A stretch of DNA of 64,000 bases from Candidatus Dormiibacterota bacterium (GCA_963709585.1 CAVPXI010000004.1:32001-96000), one strand, 5' to 3'. Shown: positions 53,331-63,690, counted from the first letter of the stretch. Notes: generated by a model not told the origin, from the sequence alone. Numbers and translations are program-made.

Positions 53331-54212
53331 TCAGTAGTCCTGGAGGTAGTCGCAGTTGTCGGCGAAGCGCTCGGCGTCGAAGCCGAATCCGACGCGGACC
53401 GAGTCGACGCGCGTGATGTTGTGGCGCCCCAGCATCCGGAGCTCGTCCCGGGTCACCGGCGGGTGACGCAGGATCTTCTCCATGATGAACGCGGGGGGCA
53501 CCATCATCGGCACCGGGACGTGGACGATCTTGCGGTGCAATCCCAGCGCCGTCTTGATGGTGCGGACGATGTCCTCGTAGCTCATCTGGTCGGGGCCGCC
53601 GATCTCGTAGAGCCGCATCTCCGGACCGCGCTCGAGTGCGATGACGATGCAGCGGGTCACGTCTCCCACGGAGATCGGCTGGAAGAGGGTCCTGCCGTCT
53701 CCGGCGATCGGAATGACCGGGCTGAGCCGCATCATCCGGGTCAGGAGCGTGAAAAAGCCGTCGCCGGGCCCGAAGATGAGGCCGGGGCGCAGCGCCGTGT
53801 AGGGGACGCCACTGGCGCGGACGGCCTGCTCGCCGGCCCATTTGCTCAGCAGGTACGGGTGCTGCGGGTCGGGGTCCGCGCCGAGCGCCGACTGATGCAG
53901 CAGGTGGCCGACCTTGGCCTGTTTCGCAGCCTCGATGACCCGTTCGGTGCCCTCGCGATTCACTCGATCGAAGGTCTGACGGCCGTGCTCCTGGATCACG
54001 GCGACGAGGTGCACCACGGCGTCGCACCCGGCGAAGGCGTCCGCCAACTGGGGCGCGCTGGTCAGATCGGCCCGGACGAATGTTACCCGCTCGCCCTTTG
54101 GGCGGCGCTTGCTGCCGCGGGCCACGATGACCACCTCGTGCCCGGCGTCCTTGAGTGCACGAACGGTGTGGATGCCGACGAAGCCGGTGCCACCGGTCAC
54201 CGCAACGCGCAT
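53331..54212 (-). CDS. Atypical SDR (NDUFA9-like) NAD(P)H-binding protein
   Basis: VTGGTGFVG, SALGAD, YLLSKW, RPGLIFGPGD and FQPISVGDV motifs. Confidence 0.88.
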   Translation of the reverse strand: MRVAVTGGTGFVGIHTVRALKDAGHEVVIVARGSKRRPKGERVTFVRADLTSAPQLADAFAGCDAVVHLVAVIQEHGRQTFDRVNREGTERVIEAAKQAKVGHLLHQSALGADPDPQHPYLLSKWAGEQAVRASGVPYTALRPGLIFGPGDGFFTLLTRMMRLSPVIPIAGDGRTLFQPISVGDVTRCIVIALERGPEMRLYEIGGPDQMSYEDIVRTIKTALGLHRKIVHVPVPMMVPPAFIMEKILRHPPVTRDELRMLGRHNITRVDSVRVGFGFDAERFADNCDYLQDY

Positions 54213-54284
54213 GCAGTTCCTCCTCGCCCGGGTGGGACGTTCGCCCGCGAGTTTACGGGCAGCGCCGGCGCCCGTGCCCCGGGG

Positions 54285-55838
54285 TCACGACCCGCCGGCG
54301 AGCGCCTCGATCACCGCCGGCGACCCCTGCAGCGCTGTCCGCTGCATGAAGTGCTTGACGGCGCGCATGCCGCCGAGCTCCTCGCCACCGCCGGCGCGGC
54401 CGGGACCGCCGTGCACCAGCTGCGGCATCGGCGTGCCATGCCCGGTCAACTCGCCCGCGCAGTCGCGGTCGACCACGAGCAGACGGCCGTGATGGGGTGC
54501 CAAGCCGGTCACGACCTCGCGGACGAAGTCGGGATCGTACGAGACGATCGACCCGACGAGGCTGCCACCGCCGCGCGCCGCCAGGGCACCGAGATCGGTC
54601 GACGCGGCGTACGGGATGAGCGTGGTCACCGGGCCGAATGCCTCGATCTCGTGCGGTTCGGGGCGGTCGCCGGTGGCCAGCAGCAGCAACGGCGCCATGA
54701 ACGCACCGCGATCCGGGTCTGCATCCACGGGATTGACCGATATGGGGTCGCCGTACACGATCTCGGCCGCGCGCTCCAGTGCGGCGACCGCGTCGCGGAC
54801 CTCGTCGCGCTGGTGCAGGCTGACCAGCGCACCCATGGTCACCGTGTCGTTGCGCGGATTGCCAACGACAACCTTGTCGAGCCTCGCGCGGATACCGGCG
54901 ATCACGTCGTCAACCATCGACTCGGGAACCAGCGCTCGACGGATGCAGGTGCACCGCTGTCCCGCCTTGGTGGTGATCTCTCGCGAGATCTCCTTGATGT
55001 ACAGGTCGAATTCGGGCGTGCCCGCTGCTGCGTCCGGTCCCAGGATCGAGCAGTTGAGCGAGTCCGTCTCGGCGTTGAATCGCGCAGAGCGCGCGGTCAC
55101 GGCGTCACTGCCGCGCAACACCGCTGCGGTGGTCGCGCTTCCGGTGAAGGCGATCACATCCTCACCGCCAAAGTGATCGAGCACATCGCCCGCGTCGCCG
55201 CAGAGGAACTGCACAGCTCCTTCCGGGAGAGCGCCCGACGCGATGATGTCGCGCATCACCGCGGCGGTGAGGTACGCCGTCTGGGTCGCGGGTTTGACGA
55301 TGGACGGCACGCCGGCGAGGACTGCGGGCGCCAGCTTTTCGAGCATGCCCCACATCGGGAAGTTGAAGGCGTTGACCTGGAGCGCGACGCCGGGCAGTGA
55401 CGTGTAGACGTGGCGTCCGACGAACGTGCCGCTCTTGCCGATCGGTTCGACGTCGCCGTCGACAAGGAGATATCCGTCCGGCAACTCGCGTCTCGCCCGG
55501 CTGCTGAAGGCAAAGACGGTGCCGATCCCGCCGTCGATGTCACCGGCGCCATCACGCCGTGTCGCGCCGGTCGCCAGCGACAGCTCGTGGTAGGCAGCCT
55601 TGTTCGCATCGAGGAAGGTGGCCAGCGTCTTGAGTGCTGCGGCGCGCTCGTGGAATGTGAGGCTTCGGAGCGCCGGTCCGCCCGCCCGGCGGGCGTGATC
55701 GACCATTGCCCGGGTGTCGAGGCCCGTGCTTGAGACTCGAGCGACCGTCTCACCGGTGGCCGCGTCGGCGACCGCGGTCCCTTCGTCAGGGGCGGTGTAC
55801 CAGGCGCCGGCGGCGTAGCTGGCGAGCATCTCATGCAT
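54285..55838 (-). CDS. PaaZ/BoxD-type aldehyde dehydrogenase (ALDH domain only)
   Basis: DIDGGIGT, NAFNFPMWGMLEK, FTGSA, ETDSLN, KAGQRCT, EAFGPV and HGGPGRAGGGEELGG motifs. Ends without a MaoC domain. Confidence 0.88.
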   Translation of the reverse strand: MHEMLASYAAGAWYTAPDEGTAVADAATGETVARVSSTGLDTRAMVDHARRAGGPALRSLTFHERAAALKTLATFLDANKAAYHELSLATGATRRDGAGDIDGGIGTVFAFSSRARRELPDGYLLVDGDVEPIGKSGTFVGRHVYTSLPGVALQVNAFNFPMWGMLEKLAPAVLAGVPSIVKPATQTAYLTAAVMRDIIASGALPEGAVQFLCGDAGDVLDHFGGEDVIAFTGSATTAAVLRGSDAVTARSARFNAETDSLNCSILGPDAAAGTPEFDLYIKEISREITTKAGQRCTCIRRALVPESMVDDVIAGIRARLDKVVVGNPRNDTVTMGALVSLHQRDEVRDAVAALERAAEIVYGDPISVNPVDADPDRGAFMAPLLLLATGDRPEPHEIEAFGPVTTLIPYAASTDLGALAARGGGSLVGSIVSYDPDFVREVVTGLAPHHGRLLVVDRDCAGELTGHGTPMPQLVHGGPGRAGGGEELGGMRAVKHFMQRTALQGSPAVIEALAGGS

Positions 55839-55897
55839 GCAAACACTCCTGTGACGGGTAACTGCCTCCAGCCTAGCGGGCGGCTGCTGGGCGGGGC

Positions 55898-57466
55898 TCA
55901 GGAGCGCGGAATGCTCTGTACGAACTCGAGTACGCCGGTGGGGTCGTACCGGGCCTGTACGGACATGAGCCGCGGAAGGTTGACGCCGTAATACGCCTGC
56001 TGCCAGGTAGCGAGGCTCGGGTCGATGTAGTTCTGGTAGGCGGCACCGCTCGCGTAGGGTCGCATCGCAGTGTAGAGCGCGTTCACGCCGGCGACGTTGC
56101 TCGCCACCACCGCGGCGCTCGCGCCGATCGGCCACGTTGCGTTGTACTGCGTGCTGAAGATCCCGTTGCGGTGGACGAACGCGGTTGCGTCCGGCGCAAC
56201 GCGGTTGATGGCGCCACCCAGCGCATCGAGTGCGACACCCGCTCGCGTCGTGGCCATCGGGTTTGCCTGCCGCAACTCGACGCCGGCCAGGATGATGTTG
56301 ACGGCCGCGGTGCTCAGCGGCTCCACGGCGATATCGGAGTGCGCGAGTGACGGCTCCCGCGCGACCGTTCCCTGTGGAGTCTGTGTGGGGAGGTGACACG
56401 CGGCGACACTCTCGCCGGAGCAGCCGGCTTCGGTGAGCATCGCGTCGATGTAGCCGTACGTGCCCACCGAAGAGGTCGATCCGCCGACTGCTCCACGAAG
56501 CGTGTTGAGCCATGGTGTCAGCGCCGCCGAACTGCCGATATATGCGCCATCAACCGTAATCGATGGGGACGGTCCCGACTTCGTGTTGAGCACGTGGCAG
56601 ATCGACCAGAGCTCATCGGGGATCGTCGTGATCCAGTGCTGCCACGCGGCGATCACCTCTCCGGCGGCTGCCCACGGCCACGCGAGCGTGAAGAGGGTCA
56701 CGGTCGAAATCGGGTGCGTGGAGAGGGTGAGCGACGTGACGATGCCGAAGTTGCCGCCGCCACCGCCACGACATGCCCAGAAGAGGTCGGCGTTGGTGCT
56801 CGCATTGCAGGTGAGCGCATCGCCGGCTGCGGTCACAATCTCGAGCTGTGTGATGTTGTCGCAAGTGAGCCCGAACTTCCGTCCCACGACACCAAGGCCG
56901 CCTCCGAGTGCGAGGCCCGCAATACCGACTGTCGGGCACGATCCCGCGGGGATCCCAACGCCGTGCGGTTCAAGCGCGGAGTACACGTCGATGAGGTGCG
57001 TCCCCGCACCGATGAGCGCGGTGCTGTCGGGTTGCAAAGTCACGCCCGCGATGCGCGTCACGTCGCACACCACACCGGTTGTTGTCGAGTAACCGGCGTA
57101 GCTGTGCCCGCCTGAGCGAGCAGCAATCGGAATTGCGTGTCTCTGCGCAAACGCGAGCGTGCGCTGGACGTCGCTCACCGACGCGCAATACACGATGCCG
57201 GCCGGCAGGATCGAGTCGAAACGTGGATTGAAGAGATGGGCATCGGCCGCGTACGACAAGCTACTCGGGAGCACGACGGTGCCGCTGACCTGACCGGCCA
57301 GCGCCGACCAGTCGGCGACGGTCGGCGGACCCACCGGCGTGGGTGATATGGATGGTGTCGGCCGTGGAGTCAGCTGTTTGACGACCGTCGCGCAGCCCGG
57401 AATCGTCAGGGCCGCGACGGCGAGGCTCGCCTGCCCCGACCGCTTGAGAAACTCCCGCCGATTCAC
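55898..57466 (-). CDS. Tat-exported FAD-linked oxidase (berberine bridge enzyme-like)
   Basis: NRREFLK twin-arginine signal, RSGGHSY, GSCPTVG, WACRGGGGGNFGIVT and AYQNYID..YYG.N..RL..YDP motifs. Confidence 0.9.
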   Translation of the reverse strand: MNRREFLKRSGQASLAVAALTIPGCATVVKQLTPRPTPSISPTPVGPPTVADWSALAGQVSGTVVLPSSLSYAADAHLFNPRFDSILPAGIVYCASVSDVQRTLAFAQRHAIPIAARSGGHSYAGYSTTTGVVCDVTRIAGVTLQPDSTALIGAGTHLIDVYSALEPHGVGIPAGSCPTVGIAGLALGGGLGVVGRKFGLTCDNITQLEIVTAAGDALTCNASTNADLFWACRGGGGGNFGIVTSLTLSTHPISTVTLFTLAWPWAAAGEVIAAWQHWITTIPDELWSICHVLNTKSGPSPSITVDGAYIGSSAALTPWLNTLRGAVGGSTSSVGTYGYIDAMLTEAGCSGESVAACHLPTQTPQGTVAREPSLAHSDIAVEPLSTAAVNIILAGVELRQANPMATTRAGVALDALGGAINRVAPDATAFVHRNGIFSTQYNATWPIGASAAVVASNVAGVNALYTAMRPYASGAAYQNYIDPSLATWQQAYYGVNLPRLMSVQARYDPTGVLEFVQSIPRS

Positions 57467-57495
57467 GCGCTCATGGTTCCACGGTCTTTCGCCGC

Positions 57496-57524
57496 TTGCG
57501 AATCGAACATCTGTTCGCTACACT
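57496..57524 (+). promoter_or_regulatory. SOS promoter with LexA box
   Basis: TTGCGA-17 bp-TACACT, with CGAACATCTGTTCG (GAAC-N4-GTTC, 57504-57517) in the spacer. Confidence 0.9.
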
Positions 57525-57589
57525 GACGTCCCGCCTCAGCGCTCCTGCTTTCCGTCCCAGTAGGCGGCGGCCTTTTCCAGTGAGGAGCG

Positions 57590-58390
57590 ATGTCCGATTC
57601 CCTGTCCGCCGCTCTGGCGACACTTCGATCCCGCTACGGTCCCCAGGCACTTCGCCGTGGCGGAACGCCGGAGGAGCCAGGCGTGTGGTCCACCGCGGTG
57701 CCGGTCCTCGACGGCGTGCTCACCCCTGGCGGGCTTCCGCACGGCCGGGTCACCCTGCTCGCCGCAGCCGGACGCGGACCCTCGGGCCGGCTGACGCTGC
57801 TGCAGTCGCTGGTCGCGCTGGCCAGTCGCTCGCATGACACCGGCTATGTGGATCTTGCGGGCACGCTCGACCCCGGGTTCCTCGCTGACCTCGGTGCGGA
57901 TCTTGACGCCTGCCTGGTGATCTCCCCCGGCCCCGCGAGGTGGGAGCGAGGTTTGGTCATGGCGCGCGCCCTGGTTGCCGCGGGCATGCCGTGGGTGGGA
58001 GTGGCGCTTGGCGGTGAGCAGCCCCGGCCGTCGCTGTGGGAGCACGCTCTCGCGGCGCTTGCCGAAGCGGTTGCCAAGCGCGCCGCGGTCTGCGTCGTCG
58101 CCGCTCCGGCTCCGGTCGCAACTCCCCTTCGCCACGCCTCGTCGCTCACGCTCGTCTGCACGGCCGCGGGCTGGCAGCGCGCCAATGGCGATGTGGCAGG
58201 GCTGCGGGTGCGGCTCACCATCGGCAAGAGCAAGCTCGGTGCGCCCGGCGCCGAGGCCACCCTGCTGCTCCGCTATCCCCGCCCGTACGCCACCGCCGAG
58301 GTGGTCGGGCTGCCCAGTGTCGTCGTGCCGCGGTTGCAGCCGGTCGCCCTGCCGCTCCCGGATGTGGCCGGCGTGGCGGCTCGAGGTTGA
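57590..58390 (+). CDS. imuA: ImuA-like inactive RecA homolog
   Basis: STAVPVLDGVL..GGLPHGRV, degenerate P-loop GPSGRLTL and YVD...LDP..LADLGADLD. First gene of the SOS cassette. Confidence 0.82.
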   Translation: MSDSLSAALATLRSRYGPQALRRGGTPEEPGVWSTAVPVLDGVLTPGGLPHGRVTLLAAAGRGPSGRLTLLQSLVALASRSHDTGYVDLAGTLDPGFLADLGADLDACLVISPGPARWERGLVMARALVAAGMPWVGVALGGEQPRPSLWEHALAALAEAVAKRAAVCVVAAPAPVATPLRHASSLTLVCTAAGWQRANGDVAGLRVRLTIGKSKLGAPGAEATLLLRYPRPYATAEVVGLPSVVVPRLQPVALPLPDVAGVAARG

Positions 58391-58391
58391 G

Positions 58392-59600
58392 GTGCGCGTT
58401 CTCTGCGCTCGCCATTCGCACCTCGGGCTGCTGGCCGCCCTTCGCCGCTATCCGGAGCTGCGGGGTGAGCCGGTGATCCTCGGCGGTGCCCCGGAGCTGC
58501 GCCTCCCGGTGGTCGCCGCATCGGCGGCGGCGCTGGCCGCCGGGGTGCGGGTGGGGCAACCGCTCCGCCAGGCGCAGCAATCCTGCCCGGCCGCGGTGTT
58601 CGTCCCCCTCGATCCCGCCGGGGTCGCACGCTTGCGCGCCGCCGTATGCGCCGAGCTCCACCGGCTCTCCCCAACGGTCGAAGCCGGTGATGAGGAGTCG
58701 TTCGGCGATCTCTCCGGCCGTCACGCCGAGTTTCCCGACGAAGCCATCTGGGCGTCCGCCCTGGCTCGCGGCTTGCGCGGCGTGCTCGACGTGGAGATCG
58801 CCGTGGGCGTGGCGGGATCGCGATTCGTCGCCCGCCTGGCGGCGCGGGCGAGCCATCCCGGCCGGATCCGCCGGGTTCGCTCCGGCGACGAAGCTGTCTT
58901 CCTGGCACCGCTGCCGCTCGACGTGCTGCCCGTCGATCCTGCGATCACCGCCCGGCTCGCGGCCTTCGGGCTCGACTGTCTCGGCGCGGTGGCCGGCCTG
59001 GGGCCGGCCGACCTGCAGCGCCAGTTCGGCCCCGATGGGCTGCGGCTGTACCGGCTGGCGCGTGGCGAGGACAGTGGGGGAATCCACCCGGTGCCGGCGC
59101 AGCGGGCATGGAGCGAACGGCTTGTGCTCGACGGCGCCACCGGGAATCTCGAGATCCTGCTGCGAGGTGTCCGCCAGTGCGCCACGGCGCTCGGCGGCCG
59201 GCTCACCGCCGAGGCCCTGGCAGCCGGCGAGGTGAGCGTGGTCTTCGAGATCGAGGAGGCCGAGGCGATCTCGGTCTCAGCGGTGCCCGCGGCGCCATCG
59301 GGCAACGTGGGTGAGCTCTGGACGGCGGCGCTCGGCCTCCTCGGTGACCTCAAGCCCCAGGCGCCGGTCGCCGCGGTTCGGGTTGGGGTGACCCGGCTGA
59401 CCCCGGCCGCCGGGCGGCAGGCCGATCTGCTCCGCCCCGGCGACGGCGCCCGGGACGCGGTGGTCGCCACGACGGATCGTCTCCGGAGCCGGTTCGGTGC
59501 CGCCACGGTGCGCCGGCCCAGGCTCGCACTCGACCCTGGCGACCTTCCGGAGCGACGGTTCACGTGGGAGGCGCCGATCGTGGCGGGGGCGGCACGATGA
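58392..59600 (+). CDS. imuB: ImuB-like inactive Y-family DNA polymerase
   Basis: GVRVGQPLRQAQQSCP, SPTVE, GVAGSRFVARLAA and FLAPLPL motifs. Catalytic acidic residues are absent. C-terminal DRLRSRFG. Confidence 0.85.
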   Translation: MRVLCARHSHLGLLAALRRYPELRGEPVILGGAPELRLPVVAASAAALAAGVRVGQPLRQAQQSCPAAVFVPLDPAGVARLRAAVCAELHRLSPTVEAGDEESFGDLSGRHAEFPDEAIWASALARGLRGVLDVEIAVGVAGSRFVARLAARASHPGRIRRVRSGDEAVFLAPLPLDVLPVDPAITARLAAFGLDCLGAVAGLGPADLQRQFGPDGLRLYRLARGEDSGGIHPVPAQRAWSERLVLDGATGNLEILLRGVRQCATALGGRLTAEALAAGEVSVVFEIEEAEAISVSAVPAAPSGNVGELWTAALGLLGDLKPQAPVAAVRVGVTRLTPAAGRQADLLRPGDGARDAVVATTDRLRSRFGAATVRRPRLALDPGDLPERRFTWEAPIVAGAAR

Positions 59601-59845
59601 CCGAGTTGCTCGAGGGCATCGTCGAAGTGCGCACCGGCGCCGACGGACGGCCGGTCGCGATCCGCGACGGATCGAAGTGGGTCCCGGTTGCCGAGGTGGT
59701 GAACACCTGGCGGGTGGAAACCGACTGGTGGCGGATCCCGGTGGGCCGCGACTACGTGCGATGTCTCCTCGACGACGGGGATTGCGTCGACCTCTACCGG
59801 GACCTCGAGACCGGTGCATGGCATCGGGAGCGCCGCTATGACTGA
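59597..59845 (+). CDS. Small DUF6504-like mutasome accessory protein
   Basis: WRVETDWW..RDY...LYRD...W...YD pattern. Overlaps the imuB stop (ATGA). Confidence 0.75.
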   Translation: MTELLEGIVEVRTGADGRPVAIRDGSKWVPVAEVVNTWRVETDWWRIPVGRDYVRCLLDDGDCVDLYRDLETGAWHRERRYD

Positions 59846-59856
59846 ACCGTTCGCAG

Positions 59857-59960
59857 CCTCTCCCTGGTGGCCGCCGGTTGAGGGGAACCGGCGGCCGGGA
59901 AAGGGGAGAGGGCCTGGGGTTGGCACCCGCTGGTGCCGTCGTCGTCGTCGGCCTGACCCG
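59857..59960 (-). ncRNA. Candidate structured antisense small RNA
   Basis: Perfect 11-bp stem (59869-59896) with a CCCCUC loop on the minus strand, outer stem 59857-59911, second hairpin 59922-59937, upstream minus-strand TTGACA-17-TAACTA. Confidence 0.35.
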
Positions 59961-60011
59961 ACCGATAGTTACACAAAATTGTAGTAGTTGTCAAGCCGCC
60001 ACACCGTGCCG

Positions 60012-63000
60012 ATGTCCGGGTTTGCTGAGCTCGCCGCCCGCTCCCACTACTCCTTCCTGGAGGGGGCCGCCTCGCCCAGGAAAATGGTCGAGACCGCTGC
60101 CCGGCTCGGGATCTCCGCGCTCGGCCTCTGTGATCGCAACGGCCTGTACGGAGCGGTCGAGCTGATCCAGGCGGCGAAGGCGCAGGGGATCCACCCGATC
60201 ATCGGGACCGAGCTGGAACTGGCCGGCGGCTCGCGACTCCGGCTACTCGCGCGCAGCCGCATCGGGTACCGCCAGCTGTGCCGAGCGGTGAGCGCTTCGC
60301 AGCTGGCCGGCGTCAAAGGTCAGCCGCGCCTTGAGATCGCCGGGATTGCGACGGGCGCTGTGCCTGTGAACTCGCGCGAGTGCGATCCGGACGGGTCCTG
60401 CCGTCGCGGGGACCGCCGGGCCCGTGCTCGGGTCAACTCGCACAGGCGGCGTCCCCCCGCGACGTCACCCCTCCGGATCTCCTGGGGCGGTAGTCTCCCG
60501 CCCGCATCCTTCTCAATCCCGGCAGCCTACTGTGCCGCCGCCCGAGCGCCCGGCAGCGCTTCGGCCGACGGCGGGACCTTTCCCTGCTGGGTGGCCGGGA
60601 TTGCCGTCGAGCACCTTGCTGGTTGAGAGTGAGCCGGCTCGGGTTGATCCTGCGGAGCTCGACGATTGCATCGCGCTCATCGGCGGGTCGCGCAGTGCTG
60701 TTGTCGATGCGCTGGTGCATGGGGATCGACGCGAGGCGCTCCGCCACGCGCAGCTGGTCAGGGAGTGCTTCGGACGCGACCGCACGGCGATGCTGGTGAG
60801 CAATCACCTGCATCCCGCGGATCGCTGGCTGGTCGCGGAATGCGCGGCGATCGCCCGGGCCGCGGACATCCCGCTGGTGGCGAGCGCCACCCCGGACCAC
60901 GCCACCGCCGGCGACAAGCCACTCCTCGACGTGCTCACCGCGATCCGCCACCGCACGACCCTCGACCAGGCGGCGGCACACGGTCTGCTCCTGCCCAACA
61001 GCGAGCACCGTCTTCATGGCGAGGCGGAGCTTCGCGCGCTGCTCCCCGACCTCCCCGAGGCGTTCGACAATGCGGCGCGCATCGCCGCCGCCTGCGAGGT
61101 GTCGCTCGACTTCAGCGATGTGCGCTTTCCGGGCTACCCGGTGCCGGAAGGGGAGACACCGTTCTCCGTGCTCTACGCCCTCTGCCAGGAAGCGGTGCAG
61201 CGCAAGTACCACCCCATGACTCGCGCCGTCGCCGCCCGGCTGCAACGCGAGCTCGACGTCATCGAGAAGACACGGCTTGCAGAGTTCTTCCTGATCACCT
61301 GGGATATCATGCGATTCGCCCGCGAGCGCGGCATCCCGGGACAGGGGCGCGGCAGCGCGGCGGACTCGATCGTCGCCTACCTGCTCGGCGTGACGCGTGT
61401 CGATCCGGTCGCGCACGACCTGCTCTTCGAGCGATTCCTGCACGAGGATCACCAGGGCACGCCCGACATCGACATCGACTTCTCCACCGACCATCGCGAG
61501 CAGGTGCTCCAGTACGTGTACGAGAAGTACGGCGCGGACCGCACCGGGATGGTGGCCAACGTGGTGACGTTCCGGCCGCGCATGGCGATCCGCCAGGTGG
61601 GCGCGGCAATGGGCTTTCCGGAAACCGTGATCGACAAGCTCAGCACGCACACCGATAGCTGGTACCTGGCGGATATCGAACTCAACGCTCGCCTCGGCCG
61701 ATGCGGTACCCAACCATGCGTGGCAGCAGTTCCTCGAAGTCCTCCGCCGGATCGAGGGCACACCGAGACACCTCAGTATTCATGTCGGCGGGATGCTCGT
61801 CACCGGCGAGCCGCTTGTCGACGTCGTGCCGGTGGAACGGGCAACCATGCCGGGACGGGTCGTCGTGCAATTCGACAAGGACGACATCGAGGATCTCGGG
61901 CTCATCAAGATGGATCTGCTCGGGCTGCGCACGCTGTCGGCGATCGCGGAGTGTCTCGATCTCATCGAGCAGACCACTGGCCGGCGGCCCGACCTCGACG
62001 CGCTGTCCCTGGAAGACCAGCGCGTCTACGACGTGATCTGCAAGGTCGACACCATCGGGCTCTTCCAGATCGAGTCGCGCGCCCAGCAGCAATCGCTGTG
62101 GCAGTCGCAGCCGCGCTGCTTCAACGATCTGATCGTGCAGGTGGCGATCATCCGCCCCGGCCCCATCCAGGGCGATGCGGTCCATCCCTACCTCCGCCGC
62201 CGCCAGGGGCTCGAGCCGGTGACCTATCTGCACCCCAAGTTAGAGCCGATTCTGGCTGAAACGTGCGGGGTCGTCCTGTACCAGGAGCAGATCCTGCGCA
62301 TCGTCATGGAGATCGCCGAATACACCGCCGGTGAAGCGGATCGATTTCGCCGTGCGATGAACCGGCACCGGTCACGGGTGGAGATGGAGGAGCTGCGCGC
62401 GGGCTTCATCCGTCGCTGCGTCGAGCACGACCTCGATGAGGCGGTGGCGCAGCAGATCTTCAAGAGCGTCGCCGGCTTCGCGGAGTTCGGCTTCTGCAAG
62501 TCGCATGCTGCGGCGTTCGCGCGCACCGCGTACGAGACGGCGTGGCTGCGCCTCACCTACCCGGCGCACTACACGTGCGCGCTGCTCAACGCGCAACCGA
62601 TGGGCTTCTACCACCCGTCGGTGCTCGTCGACGACGCCAAGCGGCATGGGGTCAAGATCCTGCCGGTCGACGTCACCAAAAGCCGGGCACGCTGCCTCGT
62701 CGAAGCAGTCGGGCCGGCGGAGTTCGGGATCCGGCTCGGGTTCGCATACGTGCGCGGACTGGGCCCGTCTGCGCGCACCGCCTGCGATGACGCGGTGGTC
62801 GCCGGGGCCAACACCTCGGCGGCCGCTTTCTGGAGGCATACGCTCCTGCCCCGGGTCGCGATGGAGAACCTCATCCGCGTCGGCGCCTTCGACGCCGTGG
62901 CCGCCGGCCGGTCGCGCCGTCAGCTGCTCTGGACGCTGAAGGAGACCGATGAGTCGCTGCCACCCCGGAAACGCCGGAGAGCGACCGTCGCGCCGGCCGA

Positions 63001-63616
63001 TCAATCGGTCATCGCCGCGGCTGTGGTGACCGGTCCTCCACGGGGCAGTGGCGCGATCGCCGGCAACCGCCTCGGCGACGCACCGCACGCACCACACGAT
63101 CCCAGCACCGACCCGGTGCCGCCCCTGGTATCGCTGCCAGCGCCGCCACCGCCGCTGCCCGAGATGGACGAGCGCACCCGGGTGAACATCGAGTACGCGC
63201 TCACTGAGGTGAGCACCGGTCCCCACCTGGTGTCGTTCATGCGCGAACGGCTCACCGCGCTCGGGTGCGTGCCGCTCCGCAAGGTGCGAGACCTCGGGGA
63301 CGGCACCAGGATCCGCGTCGCCGGCCTGGTCATCACCCGCCAGCAGCCGTCGACGGCGCGCGGCTTCCGGTTCTTCACCCTGGCGGACGAGGATGCCCAC
63401 CTCGACCTGGTGTTCCGGCCTCCAGTGGTGCAACGGACGCTCGAGGTGAGCCGCCATCCGCTGCTCCTGGTCGACGGCCGGCTCCAGGTCGAGCACGGCC
63501 GGGTCAACGTCCTCGTCGAGACGGTGACCGCGCTCACCCCGGACGGCGACCCGATCGCCCGCCCAGGCCCGACGCCACCCGAGACTGGCTTGCCCGGTTC
63601 CCACGACTACCGCTGA
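60012..63616 (+). CDS. dnaE2: Error-prone DNA polymerase III alpha DnaE2/ImuC (frameshifts near 60420 and 61700)
   Basis: PHP motif SHYSFLEGA..CDRNGLYG, GRGSAA, LLFERFL, PDIDIDF, KMDLLGL, FQIESRAQ, FCKSHA, LLNAQPMGFY and C-terminal SHDYR. Confidence 0.93.
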
Positions 63617-63649
63617 CCCGACTGCCAATGCCATACGCGCTGGATCCGT

Positions 63650-63690
63650 CGTGACACATCCGTGACACTCCGGCAGCAGTGCCCTGACAT
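63650..63690. promoter_or_regulatory. OmpR-family (GlnR/MtrA-like) binding repeats
   Basis: GTGAC-N6-GTGAC at 63651-63666. TGACA recurs at 63652, 63663 and 63685 (11-bp period). Confidence 0.45.

Noticed and set aside
53421-55400. 659-aa plus-strand ORF and similar long antisense ORFs (e.g. 655..2157, 11413..13056)
   Set aside because: Opposite well-supported genes, with Arg/Ala-rich non-protein-like composition.
60330-60660. Intein or programmed frameshift in dnaE2
   Set aside because: No C/S start, His-Asn end or LAGLIDADG motifs, and no slippery heptamer. Assembly indel is more parsimonious.
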